Assembly (NCBI GenBank): GCA_036676495.1
Contig: JAKFCT010000020.1
Coordinates: 1 to 64,000 of the forward strand
Direction of reading: 5' to 3'
From: Candidatus Sericytochromatia bacterium
Lineage (GTDB): Bacteria; Cyanobacteriota; Sericytochromatia; S15B-MN24; UBA4093
DNA: 64,000 bases
The notes beneath the pieces are model-generated. The model was not told the DNA's origin. It saw only the letters and a list, made by a program, of their open reading frames with translations, and ran no database searches. Positions 49,226 to 58,362 of the stretch are shown here, piece by piece (within the stretch, counting starts at the first letter, position 1; every line of letters begins with the position of its first letter). Position numbers and translations under genes: made by a program.

Positions 49226-49933
49226 GTGAAGACACCGGAAGAAGGCGGGATCTGGCGGCCGTCCGGCGAAGGTGAGCTGGATCTCAGCAACCCACGGCAA
49301 CTTTCCTTTGCGATCCTCAACATCGCGCTCCTGAGCGAGGAGGAGCGGGTGCGGGTGGTCAGCCACCTGGCGGAGGTCGGTCAGTTCTACCAGGCGGCCC
49401 GCTGCCTCGAGATCGTGGCACAGCACCGGCTGGGATTGGACTTCACGGGCACGGAGCTGATCGATTATCAGATTCCGGGGTTCGGGGGCTTCCACGCCAT
49501 GATTTACGATCTCCTGCGCTCCGGCACGCTCTACCACAAGGCCAAGCGACCGAGCACGGCCCTGGCGGCCTATCGGCGAGCCCTCCTATTCGTCGAGGAA
49601 GCCCTGCGCAGCATGAAGCGCTACCCGCAAGACGATCAGGATGCCGTATGGGGGATCGGGTTGGCATTCGAGTTGGCCGGCCATTGCTGTGCGGCGATGG
49701 ACGATTCGAATGGACTGGAGTATTATCAAGCGGCAGAGAGTTACTGGGGCAAGGCGGTCCGGCTGCGACCGGAAGAGATCACGCACTGGACCTACCACCC
49801 GGTGACCAAGACCGTCATCAATTGCCTGAAGCCCGTCGTGGAAACGCGCGCGCTGAGCGACGACTACCGCGAGCAGTTGCTGACGAGCGACTACCAGACC
49901 CGTCTGGAGTCCGCCAAGAGCCTCCTGCGATAA
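49226..49933 (+). CDS. Helical TPR-like hypothetical protein
   Basis: GGAGGTGA RBS before GTG 49226; TPR-like helices. Confidence 0.7.
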   Translation: MKTPEEGGIWRPSGEGELDLSNPRQLSFAILNIALLSEEERVRVVSHLAEVGQFYQAARCLEIVAQHRLGLDFTGTELIDYQIPGFGGFHAMIYDLLRSGTLYHKAKRPSTALAAYRRALLFVEEALRSMKRYPQDDQDAVWGIGLAFELAGHCCAAMDDSNGLEYYQAAESYWGKAVRLRPEEITHWTYHPVTKTVINCLKPVVETRALSDDYREQLLTSDYQTRLESAKSLLR

Positions 49934-49999
49934 GGCGCCGCCCGCGGCCCTGAGACCGTCCTCCGGGAGGGCGGGGCCGCGCTGATACGGAGAAGATGA

Positions 50000-50722
50000 T
50001 TGGAAGTTCTGGAAGAGGACCTCTATGCCATTCTCGGCGTCGACGCGGAAGCCACGGACGCCCAGATCCGCAAAGCGTACAAGAAACTCGCCGTCGAGCT
50101 TCATCCGGACCGCTACGTCGGTCGTCCCGCTGAGCAGGAAGAGGCGCAGAAGCGCTTCTCGCAGGTTTCTCATGCCTATAACGTCCTGAAGGACGCCGAG
50201 CAGCGCAACGAGTACGACTTCATGCGCCGCTTGCAGGCCGGCGAAGGCGGGGAGGCGCCACCGGCAGCCCCCGACGACGAGGCCCAGCAGCTTCGGCGCG
50301 AACGCGGGGAGCGCTACTTCAAGCAGGGCATGAACCGGCAGATGGAACGGAACTTCAAGGGGGCCATCGACTCCTTCAAGGAAGCCATCCGGCACGACCC
50401 CTCCGTGGCGCAGTGGCACAGCATGCTCGCGGTCTGCTACCAGAAGCAGGGCTGGACTTCCTACGCCAAGGCCGAGGTGGACGCCGCGCTGAAGCTCGAT
50501 CCCCGGGACGCCCTCGCCGTCAAGCTCCGCACCGCCCTGCGCCAGCAGGAAAAGGCCACGCAGGAGCTCGAGGCCAAAGAGGCCAAAAAGGGCAAGAAGA
50601 AAAAGAAGGGGCCGGTCCAGAAGAAGACCCGGGCTGCCACCGGACAAGTCGCCTTCAAGAAGAAGCGCACCAGCTTCCTCCAGAACCTCCTGGGCATGTT
50701 CCGACGCAAGGCAAACGACTAA
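50000..50722 (+). CDS. DnaJ (J-domain) plus TPR protein
   Basis: DLYAILGV...IRKAYKKLAVELHPD, AYNVLKD..R..YD; TPR repeats. Confidence 0.9.
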   Translation: MEVLEEDLYAILGVDAEATDAQIRKAYKKLAVELHPDRYVGRPAEQEEAQKRFSQVSHAYNVLKDAEQRNEYDFMRRLQAGEGGEAPPAAPDDEAQQLRRERGERYFKQGMNRQMERNFKGAIDSFKEAIRHDPSVAQWHSMLAVCYQKQGWTSYAKAEVDAALKLDPRDALAVKLRTALRQQEKATQELEAKEAKKGKKKKKGPVQKKTRAATGQVAFKKKRTSFLQNLLGMFRRKAND

Positions 50723-50770
50723 GCCTATCCCCGACCCCGCGGCTCCGCGTCGGAACCTTGAACAGGCGTG

Positions 50771-50863
50771 CTACTCGCCGTCCCTCGGAGGCCGCGCCGG
50801 CAGGTAATACGCCAAGAGTAACGACGCGATCCCGAGTCCGATCACCCACCAGTCATTGGTCAT
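50771..50863 (-). CDS. Putative 30-aa single-TM small protein
   Basis: MTNDWWVIGLGIASLLLAYYLPARPPRDGE; purine-rich upstream sequence. Confidence 0.45.
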   Translation of the reverse strand: MTNDWWVIGLGIASLLLAYYLPARPPRDGE

Positions 50864-51175
50864 CACACCCGCCCTCTCACACCCGGCCGCCCTGACCACC
50901 AGCTTTTCCAGCTGACATCCGGGCCGCAAGCTCACTCCTCAGGACTTCACAAAACTTTACGTTTCGCCCATTGTACTGCCCGCGCCCCCTCCCAGCAAGG
51001 CCAGGAGGGATGATGTATCAATCAAAATTTCGTTTTTTCATCAAGCCGGAAAAGCGGTTGCTTGCCTACCTTTCCGGGGTATAACCCCTTTACTGGCCCG
51101 CAAGGGCCACCCTGTTGAGTTTCCGGGACTCGGCCGCCCCCCGTGCCGCGATCGTCAGGAGCGCCAAGCCGCACC

Positions 51176-51790
51176 ATGGCAGCGAAGTTCAAGTACCGCC
51201 TGCAAAAGGTCCTCGACATGCGCGTCAAGCGCGAGGATGCTGTCAAGCTGGAAGTGGCCGCCCGCAAACGCGAGCGCGACGCCGAAAAGGCCGTGCTCGA
51301 CGACCTCAAGGACCGGGAAAACAACTCCCAGCGCCAGATGAACGACCAGCTAGCCGCGGGACGAACCGCCGATGTCCAGATGTCCAACGACTATCTCGGT
51401 GCCCTCGCCGACAAGATCAAAGCCCAGGAGGCCAAGCTCAAGGCCGCTGAAACCCGCCTCCAGGAGACCGAGGCCGAGTACAAGAAGGCCCAGCGCGACC
51501 TCGAGATCATCAAGAAGCACAAGGAAAAGAACCGCGAGCGCTGGCTCGCCGAGGAGAAACGGCTCGAGGGCCTTCGCCTCGAGGAGATGGTCGGCAACAT
51601 GAACGCCTTGAAGCAGCGCAAGGCCCTCGAAGAGCAAGCCCAGGACGAGGAGTACGAAGAACGCAAAGCCCAGGCCGAAAGTCTGGCCGCTACGATGCTT
51701 GCGGAATCCTCATGGGCCCAAGGCTTTCTGCAAACGGCTTACCAGGAAGCCGAACGCCTCAACGCCCAGCGTGCCAAGCGTTCATCCTGA
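51176..51790 (+). CDS. fliJ: FliJ/SctO-like export chaperone
   Basis: FKYRLQKVLDMR..RED N-terminus; coiled coil. Confidence 0.7.
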   Translation: MAAKFKYRLQKVLDMRVKREDAVKLEVAARKRERDAEKAVLDDLKDRENNSQRQMNDQLAAGRTADVQMSNDYLGALADKIKAQEAKLKAAETRLQETEAEYKKAQRDLEIIKKHKEKNRERWLAEEKRLEGLRLEEMVGNMNALKQRKALEEQAQDEEYEERKAQAESLAATMLAESSWAQGFLQTAYQEAERLNAQRAKRSS

Positions 51791-51813
51791 CGCCTTACCC
51801 CCCGGAGGCCCGG

Positions 51814-52671
51814 ATGGCTTCCTTCGGAATCGAGCGAGTTTCGCTCCCAGGAGGTGCGATGTTTCCAATCGATCCCCCCACCCGAGTTCCGCTCGAGCGC
51901 ATGGGCATTCCGCCGGCTGCCGATGAGGCCACCCGCCAGGAGGAGGTCGAGGAAGCTCGCCGCCGCGAGGATGACAAGCGCGTTCGCGATCGCCGCACCA
52001 CCTTCGACGAACACCTCAACACCCTCTTGCCGCCCGGCTGGGCCCCCTTGAGCGAGACCGAAGCGCTCGCCCTCCCCGAGTTGCAGCTCACCGACCTCGG
52101 CCTCGCCGCCGGAGTCCAGGGCTACGTGCGCTCCGAGTGGCAGCTTCGCCTGGCCGATCCCACCCAGACCTCCGAGATCCAGGAAGCGGTCTCCACGCCC
52201 TTGCTGATCCCGCTGGCTCCGCAGGCAACCTCCTTCGACCCCCAGGCCCTGCTCGAAGCCGTGAGCGAAGGCCGCCCCGTCGACGTGAGCTTCCTTCCCA
52301 ACGTGCTCATGGCCCAACTCACCCAGCTCAAGCAAGCCGGACAACCCGTCACCCAGCTGGCCCTCCGTCTCAACCCCGAGCACCTCGGTCCGCTCAACAT
52401 GACGGTCGTGGCCGAAGGCAACAAGGTCTCGGTGCAGCTGGCGGCCCAGAGCGAGTCCAGCCGCAACGTCCTCGAACGTCAGCTCGAAGACATCAAGGCC
52501 ATCCTGGTCGCCCATCAGCTCGCCCCGGGAGAGCTCAAGGTGGTGGCGACCCCCAAGGGGCAATCCAGCGGAGGACAGTCCTCACGGGACGAGGAGGCCT
52601 ACCCCACCCCGAATCGCTGGGTCGCCCGCAAGCCGAGCAAACCCGACGAACCCCTGGACGTCGCCGTCTAG
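51814..52671 (+). CDS. fliK: Hook-length control FliK/SctP-like protein
   Basis: LRLNPEHLGPLNMTV...VSVQL.A...R..LE.....I...L C-terminal domain. Confidence 0.75.
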   Translation: MASFGIERVSLPGGAMFPIDPPTRVPLERMGIPPAADEATRQEEVEEARRREDDKRVRDRRTTFDEHLNTLLPPGWAPLSETEALALPELQLTDLGLAAGVQGYVRSEWQLRLADPTQTSEIQEAVSTPLLIPLAPQATSFDPQALLEAVSEGRPVDVSFLPNVLMAQLTQLKQAGQPVTQLALRLNPEHLGPLNMTVVAEGNKVSVQLAAQSESSRNVLERQLEDIKAILVAHQLAPGELKVVATPKGQSSGGQSSRDEEAYPTPNRWVARKPSKPDEPLDVAV

Positions 52672-52686
52672 CGTCGTCATCCCCCT

Positions 52687-52724
52687 ACGAGAAGAGGCCG
52701 CCCCGTGGGGCGGCCTCTTCTCGT
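52687..52724. terminator. Bidirectional terminator hairpin
   Basis: ACGAGAAGAGGCCGCCCC-GT-GGGGCGGCCTCTTCTCGT. Confidence 0.75.
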
Positions 52725-52734
52725 TTGCTTTCGG

Positions 52735-53832
52735 CTAGTTGCGGATGGTGATGGGAACCTGTTGGGAGGAAATCACGGCTCCGTCGACTTCCATGGCCAG
52801 GATCTGCAGCGTGTGATCGCCGTTCTTGAAGGTCGTGGAATCGAACGGGACCTCGATCAGCTCCGAGATCTGGGGGACGGCCTTGATCGGCTTGCCATCG
52901 AGCGCGAGGTTCACCAGCGCGAGCTTGCTGGGATTCTCCACCCGGATGCGAATCATCGGGGTCGAGCGAACGGTATTTCCGGGATGCGGGAAGGCGACGT
53001 CGAGTTTCGCGGGGGCGGCCGAGACGGGAGCCGCCGTGGGCGCTTCCACCGGGGCGAACTTCTGGCGCGAGGCGATCGGGTAGCTCAGGGCCTTCGAGGG
53101 GGCTGCGGCCTCAGGGCGGGGGGCGGGACGGGACTCCGCCGGGACGGCGCGTCCGGGATTGGGCATGCCCGCCCGGGGAGTCGAGACCAGCGGCTGGCTC
53201 TGACGGACCGGGACGTGAATGTAGACCGGCTTGAACTGCACGGAAACGGGGGGCTGAGTCGCGGGCTCCTCGGAAAGCACGGGCGCGGCTTGCGTGACGT
53301 CAGGGATCTCGGCGGGCGGAACCGTCGCCGACACCGAGCCCTGGCGGGCAAAGAAGGTCCCCAGGCTGAAGGCCACCAGCATCAGGAGGGCCATCCGGCT
53401 GATGGGCGAGCGAGAGACGCGAACCAGGGGCGCCACCGAGGGCATGAGGAAGCCGTAGGACATCGGTCGGCGCGTCTTGACGGCACGCGGCTTGCGCAGG
53501 CTCTTGCGCTTCACTCCGGCACGAGCCTCGGTGTCAATCAGCTTGCGGGGAAGCTTGAGCGCGGCGTCGGGACGCGCGGTGACGTGAGACTCACCGAGCA
53601 CCTGGCGCTGCAGGCGATCGAGCATGAGCTCCATGGTGATCGAGCGTTTGGGAGCAGGGGGTTCGATCAGGCGAGGAGGCTGGGCGCCCGAGTAGCCGCG
53701 CTGAACGAAGCGCTTGAGCTTGGCGCATTCCGGACAGAGGTCCTCTTCGACGCAATGGAAGCAGACCATCAGCTTGCAGCCCGTGCAAAGGCTTATCGCC
53801 TCGATTTTCGGATGGTAGTAACAACGCTGCAT
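52735..53832 (-). CDS. B-box-like zinc finger, TM helix, Pro-rich linker and Ig-like domain protein
   Basis: CYYHP...CTGC...CFHC...CPEC; C-terminal FDSTTFKNGDHTLQILA. Confidence 0.8.
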   Translation of the reverse strand: MQRCYYHPKIEAISLCTGCKLMVCFHCVEEDLCPECAKLKRFVQRGYSGAQPPRLIEPPAPKRSITMELMLDRLQRQVLGESHVTARPDAALKLPRKLIDTEARAGVKRKSLRKPRAVKTRRPMSYGFLMPSVAPLVRVSRSPISRMALLMLVAFSLGTFFARQGSVSATVPPAEIPDVTQAAPVLSEEPATQPPVSVQFKPVYIHVPVRQSQPLVSTPRAGMPNPGRAVPAESRPAPRPEAAAPSKALSYPIASRQKFAPVEAPTAAPVSAAPAKLDVAFPHPGNTVRSTPMIRIRVENPSKLALVNLALDGKPIKAVPQISELIEVPFDSTTFKNGDHTLQILAMEVDGAVISSQQVPITIRN

Positions 53833-54008
53833 CGCGACCTCCTCGTACTTTCCTTCTTGTCGCGGGTTCCGGACGATCCTTTCTTAAGCCCGGACTAAGG
53901 TTGATCGAAGGGAGGTTTAACTCACGTGCTCACGGGATTTCGATCGTAAGAATCGGGCGGGAATGCCGAGGCCGCGCTTGTCCCGGGATCCTGCGAGTGC
54001 TATGATCG

Positions 54009-55181
54009 ATGGCTGTGATTGAGATTGAGCGCACCCTCCGGCAACTGATCGTCCCCGATGCCTCCGCCCTGGCCACGACGCGGGGGGCATGGATGGGGGT
54101 CGATCTCCGTGCGATCGCCGAGAACGTCTCCGCGCTGCGGCAGTGGCTGCCCGCGCATACCCATCTCCTGGCGGTGGTCAAGGCCGACGGCTACGGTCAC
54201 GGCGCCATGGCCGTCGCCCAGACCGCGCTCTTGGCCGGAGCCGATTGGCTGGGGGTCGCCACCGTGGCCGAAGGCTTGCGCTTGAGGGGGCTCGGCTTCA
54301 ACCAACCGATGCTGCTCTTGGGCTTGCTGACGCCCGCCGCCTACCCCTCGGCCATCGAGGCCAACCTCGACGTCACGGTGGGATCGGCCGCCGCGCTCAC
54401 CCAGCTCGCGCGCACGGCCAGCCAGATGGGCCAGGTGGCCCGGGTCCACCTCAAGCTCGACACCGGCATGACGCGGGTCGGCGAACCGATCTCCCAGGCC
54501 GATGAGCTGGTGGCGATCGCCCTCGGCTCCTCTAACCTCGAGCTGGTGGGCCTCGAGAGCCACCTCGCGACCGCCGAGGATCCCGACGGTCGCTATGCCC
54601 GCGAACAATTGCGGCGCTTCGCCGACGCGGCCTCCCATCCCGGCCTGCCCTCCCGCGTGATCCGCCACGTGGCGAACTCCGCCGCGACCGTCTTCTACCC
54701 CGAGGCCCACTGGGACATGGTCCGGCCCGGCCTGCTGCTCTACGGCATCCCTCCGCGGCCGGGGGCGAGCGTGCCTTTCCCGCTGCGCCGCGCCATGACC
54801 ATCAACGCGCTGATCACCCAGATCCGCGAGGTCGGCCCCGGAGTCGCGGTCGGCTACGGCGGCAATTTCGTGACGACCCGCCGGACCAAGCTCGCCCTGC
54901 TGCCGGTCGGCTATGCCGATGGGCTGCCCCGGGCACTTTCCAACAAGCAGACCGTCCTGGTCGGCGGCATCCGCTGCCCGTTCGCCGGGAACATCTCCAT
55001 GGACCAGTGCGCGGTCGACGTCACCGACGCGGATCCCAACCTGGGAGACGAGGTGGTCTTCCTCGGGCCTCAAGGTGAGGACGAGGTCCTGGTCGAAGAG
55101 TGGGCCGACGCGGCCGGCACCATCCCCTACGAGATCATCTGCGGCCTCGGCCGCCGCTTGCCCCGCCTCTACCACAAGTAG
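54009..55181 (+). CDS. alr: Alanine racemase
   Basis: AVVKADGYGHG, HLKLDTGMTR, VRPG..LYG, GYADG, SMDQ, TIPYEI. Confidence 0.96.
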   Translation: MAVIEIERTLRQLIVPDASALATTRGAWMGVDLRAIAENVSALRQWLPAHTHLLAVVKADGYGHGAMAVAQTALLAGADWLGVATVAEGLRLRGLGFNQPMLLLGLLTPAAYPSAIEANLDVTVGSAAALTQLARTASQMGQVARVHLKLDTGMTRVGEPISQADELVAIALGSSNLELVGLESHLATAEDPDGRYAREQLRRFADAASHPGLPSRVIRHVANSAATVFYPEAHWDMVRPGLLLYGIPPRPGASVPFPLRRAMTINALITQIREVGPGVAVGYGGNFVTTRRTKLALLPVGYADGLPRALSNKQTVLVGGIRCPFAGNISMDQCAVDVTDADPNLGDEVVFLGPQGEDEVLVEEWADAAGTIPYEIICGLGRRLPRLYHK

Positions 55182-55191
55182 CCCCCCCTAT

Positions 55192-55232
55192 CGCAGAAGC
55201 CCCGGAACGCGATGCGTTCCGGGGCTTCTGCG
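55192..55232. terminator. Long hairpin between convergent genes
   Basis: CGCAGAAGCCCCGGAACGC-GAT-GCGTTCCGGGGCTTCTGCG. Confidence 0.7.
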
Positions 55233-55249
55233 TAGACGACTAACTGGGA

Positions 55250-55933
55250 CTAAGCCAGGATCGCCGCCTGAAGCGCGGCATCTTCCCGGAAGACCAGCTC
55301 GTAGAAAGCCTTCACGTTCTCGGCGGAAGCGGGATCCCCCTGGTACTGGTAGCGCGGAGCCAAGGCCTTGCGCACCGAGGGCGGGGTCTCGGGCCCGAAG
55401 GCCGCCTTGAGGAAGACGATCTCCGCGTGCAAGCGGCCCGCGCGCTCCAGCGACGCCATCAGCCACTGATAGGCTTCCGGCACGAAGCGCAACGGCTTCA
55501 AGGCCGCCTTGAAGGACTTGACCGCCTCGGCGTAGTCCGCGCTCAGGAAATGCGAGATGCCCTTGTAGTAGTGGACCTCGCCCAGGACGGCATCCAGCTC
55601 GTTGCGCTCCGGGATGCTTCCCTCGAAGGCCACCTGCAAGGCCGCGTGATAGGAGTTGATGGCTTCCTCGTAGATCCGGCTGCTGAAGCACTGGTGGCCT
55701 TCCCGAACCGCACGCAGGAAACGCTCACCATCCGGAGTCGAAGGCTGAAACCTCGGAGCCTGGTAGGCCTTGGGCGGGACGGGCTTGGCTTCGTCGAGAG
55801 AGCCCTTGCACTTGCCGCAAGCAGGCCGGGGCTTGTTGTAGGCCAGACGGTTCTTGGTCGTACAGCCGGGGCAAACGACGATCTGGCGGAAAAGCTTGAA
55901 ATCCCAGAGTCCGGGCTCGGTCGCGATCGACAT
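55250..55933 (-). CDS. Zinc-ribbon plus TPR protein
   Basis: CPGCTTKNRL...CGKC (TrxC-type zinc finger), TPR helices; AGGAGG RBS. Confidence 0.75.
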   Translation of the reverse strand: MSIATEPGLWDFKLFRQIVVCPGCTTKNRLAYNKPRPACGKCKGSLDEAKPVPPKAYQAPRFQPSTPDGERFLRAVREGHQCFSSRIYEEAINSYHAALQVAFEGSIPERNELDAVLGEVHYYKGISHFLSADYAEAVKSFKAALKPLRFVPEAYQWLMASLERAGRLHAEIVFLKAAFGPETPPSVRKALAPRYQYQGDPASAENVKAFYELVFREDAALQAAILA

Positions 55934-56079
55934 GCATCCTCCTGAGTCCATGCAGGGTGCCTCGCGAGTCAGGCTCAGCTACCGACGGAAGCCGGGCAAT
56001 CGGTTCTCGGCAACGCGCCAGGCGCGCGCACGGAGCCTGAGGGCAGCGCAAAACGAAAGATCTCCATCATACCACGGGC

Positions 56080-57267
56080 TTATCGGGTCGCCCCCGCGAC
56101 ATCTTGCCGCCCAGCAGGCAGGACGAAAAAGGCCAGCGCCGCCGCAGCCCCCATGATCCCCAGACCCAAGAGATAGGGAAGGCCTTGGTGCAGCGAGTAG
56201 AGGATGCCGCCGGCCATGGGACCGAAGACCCGGGCCAATGAATCGAAGCTCTGCATCATGCCCATGGCCGTGCCCTGCCCGGCCGTGGCCCCGCGGGAAA
56301 CCCCGGTGGCCAGGGAGGTGCGGAGCAGGGCCGCGCCGATCCCGGTCACGCAGAAGGCGCCTAGCAGCCATGCCGGATGCGGGGCGAGCGGAATCATGGC
56401 GAAGGAAAGGCCGAGCACCAAGGCACCGGCCCGGCTGACGGCAGAGGCTCCGAAGCGGCCGATCAACTTGGCGACGCCACCTCCCTGGAACCCCGCCGAG
56501 ACGAGCCCCATCGCCATGAACATCAATCCGACCTGGAGGATGCTCAAGCCGAAGCGGTCCTTGGCATACAGGACGAAGGTGGCCTCGAGGTTGGTGAAGG
56601 CGAGCATCTGGAGGAAGGTCAGCGCGTAGAAGGGCCAGAGCTTCCCCCCGGTCTCGCGCAGCCCTCCCAGGAAGGACAGGGTCTGGGGGGTTTCCGGGGC
56701 GCGATGAGGCAAGATGAGGGCCACGACGAGCGCCGTCGCGAACGCGAGCCCGCCCGCCACGAGGAAGGGGACGTGATGGCCCCAGTGGCCCGCGACGCCC
56801 CCCAGGGCGGGGCCCACCACCATGCCGAGCCCCAGGCCGGCGCCCAGGATTCCGAGCGCTTTGGCGCGGGCCTGGGGCTGGGTGATGTCTCCGGCGTAGG
56901 CCATCGCGGTCGGAAGGGCCGCCGCTCCGAGGGCTCCTCCGAGTAGCCGCGCCGCAAAGAGCTGCCAGAGCGAGCCTGCCACCCCGAACCAAAGGAAGGA
57001 CATGGCGAGGCCGAGGATACCGACCAGGAGGACGGGCTTGCGACCGATCTTGTCGGAAAGGCGCCCCCAAAGCGGGGCGCAAAGGACGTTCATGACCGAA
57101 TAGGAAGCGAGCAGAAAGCCCACGGTGCGGGCGTCGCCTCGCAGTTCGAGAGTCTGGTAGGGAAGGGCCGGGATGATGATCCCGAAGCCGGTCATGACCA
57201 AGAAAAGGGTGACGAAGAGGATCGCCAGGAGGCGCTTGGACTCCGACGAATCGACCGAAGCTGGCAT
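56080..57267 (-). CDS. MFS drug:H+ antiporter (TetA/DHA1-like)
   Basis: WGRLSDKIGRKP motif A, motif C GMVVGPALGG, about 12 TM; start uncertain. Confidence 0.9.
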   Translation of the reverse strand: MPASVDSSESKRLLAILFVTLFLVMTGFGIIIPALPYQTLELRGDARTVGFLLASYSVMNVLCAPLWGRLSDKIGRKPVLLVGILGLAMSFLWFGVAGSLWQLFAARLLGGALGAAALPTAMAYAGDITQPQARAKALGILGAGLGLGMVVGPALGGVAGHWGHHVPFLVAGGLAFATALVVALILPHRAPETPQTLSFLGGLRETGGKLWPFYALTFLQMLAFTNLEATFVLYAKDRFGLSILQVGLMFMAMGLVSAGFQGGGVAKLIGRFGASAVSRAGALVLGLSFAMIPLAPHPAWLLGAFCVTGIGAALLRTSLATGVSRGATAGQGTAMGMMQSFDSLARVFGPMAGGILYSLHQGLPYLLGLGIMGAAAALAFFVLPAGRQDVAGATR

Positions 57268-57364
57268 GAAAAGTCTCCGCAACAGGGGGTCTCAGCGCCA
57301 GCATACCACGCGAGCGGGCGTGCTCACATCGTTACAGAGTATTGCGAGAGGCATGCCGTCAATG

Positions 57365-57388
57365 TGGCAAACTACTGATCTTTTGCCA
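57365..57388. promoter_or_regulatory. Inverted repeat upstream of the cox operon
   Basis: TGGCAAA-N10-TTTGCCA in an AT-rich intergenic region. Confidence 0.4.
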
Positions 57389-57478
57389 AAAACCCTTGCC
57401 TGCGTGTATTATACGTGTTAATCATCGTAAACAGCAAGTAATATCAGTAGAAACCACCGTTGCCACAGGAGAAACTTC

Positions 57479-58306
57479 GTGAACCAACACGCGCTTGATC
57501 CTCATGGCCACTCCGCAGAGCACGACGCCCACGTGATGAACAGCCCCTGGCCTCCGGTCGCCTCGATCGGCGCACTGGTGATGTTCTTCAGCTTCGTGGC
57601 GTTCTTTGCGGGGAAGGCTACCATTGCCTGGCCGATGCTCGCCGTGGGCGTCGCCGTCACCCTGGTCGGCTCGATCGGCTGGTGGACGTCCCTGGTCAAG
57701 GAACAGCTTCCCGGCCCCCCGCCGGTCGGCATGCCCGGCCAGACCAACGACTTCAAGCTGGGCTGGATCCTCTTCATCGCCTCGGAGACCATGTTCTTCG
57801 CGGCCTTCTTCGGGTTCATCTTCTACACCCGCTTCCGCGCCACGACCTGGCCGCCGGAGGGCGTGCCCCTTCCCATCCACGATCTGACCCTGCCGGCCGT
57901 CATGACGGTCCTGCTGGTCACCAGCGGACTGACCTACACCTTCGCCGAGTGGTCCTTGATGGCCAAGAAGCGCGGGGGCATGATCGTCGGCCTCGCGCTG
58001 ACCGTCCTCATGGGCGCCGTCTTCCTCGGCATCCAGTACTACGAGTGGACCCACTCGCCTCTCAAGATCACCGACGGCCTCCTGGGCTCGGGCTTCTTCA
58101 TGCTGACCGGCTTCCACGGCATCCACGTGATCATCGGGGTGGTCTTCATCGCGGTGAACCTGTTCCGGTCCCTGCTCGGCCACTTCACCCCGCAGCGGCA
58201 CTTCGCCCTGCAGGCCGCCGGATGGTACTGGCACTTCGTCGACGTGGTCTGGATCATCCTGCTCGTCGTGCTGTACCTGCCCCTGGTCCCGGGCGGAGGA
58301 CACTAA
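57479..58306 (+). CDS. ctaE: Cytochrome c oxidase subunit III
   Basis: SPWPP, LFIASETMFF, TGFHGIHV, WYWHFVDVVW. Confidence 0.95.
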   Translation: MNQHALDPHGHSAEHDAHVMNSPWPPVASIGALVMFFSFVAFFAGKATIAWPMLAVGVAVTLVGSIGWWTSLVKEQLPGPPPVGMPGQTNDFKLGWILFIASETMFFAAFFGFIFYTRFRATTWPPEGVPLPIHDLTLPAVMTVLLVTSGLTYTFAEWSLMAKKRGGMIVGLALTVLMGAVFLGIQYYEWTHSPLKITDGLLGSGFFMLTGFHGIHVIIGVVFIAVNLFRSLLGHFTPQRHFALQAAGWYWHFVDVVWIILLVVLYLPLVPGGGH

Positions 58307-58362
58307 CGCACCTCATGGTTTGTTTGCAGTTTCGAATTCAATCCGATGTTGGGAGGACAGAA

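Noticed and set aside
57682-58362. Long N-terminal extension of oxidase subunit II
   Set aside because: It overlaps subunit III in another frame; the true start is probably GTG 58363 with a GGGAGG RBS.
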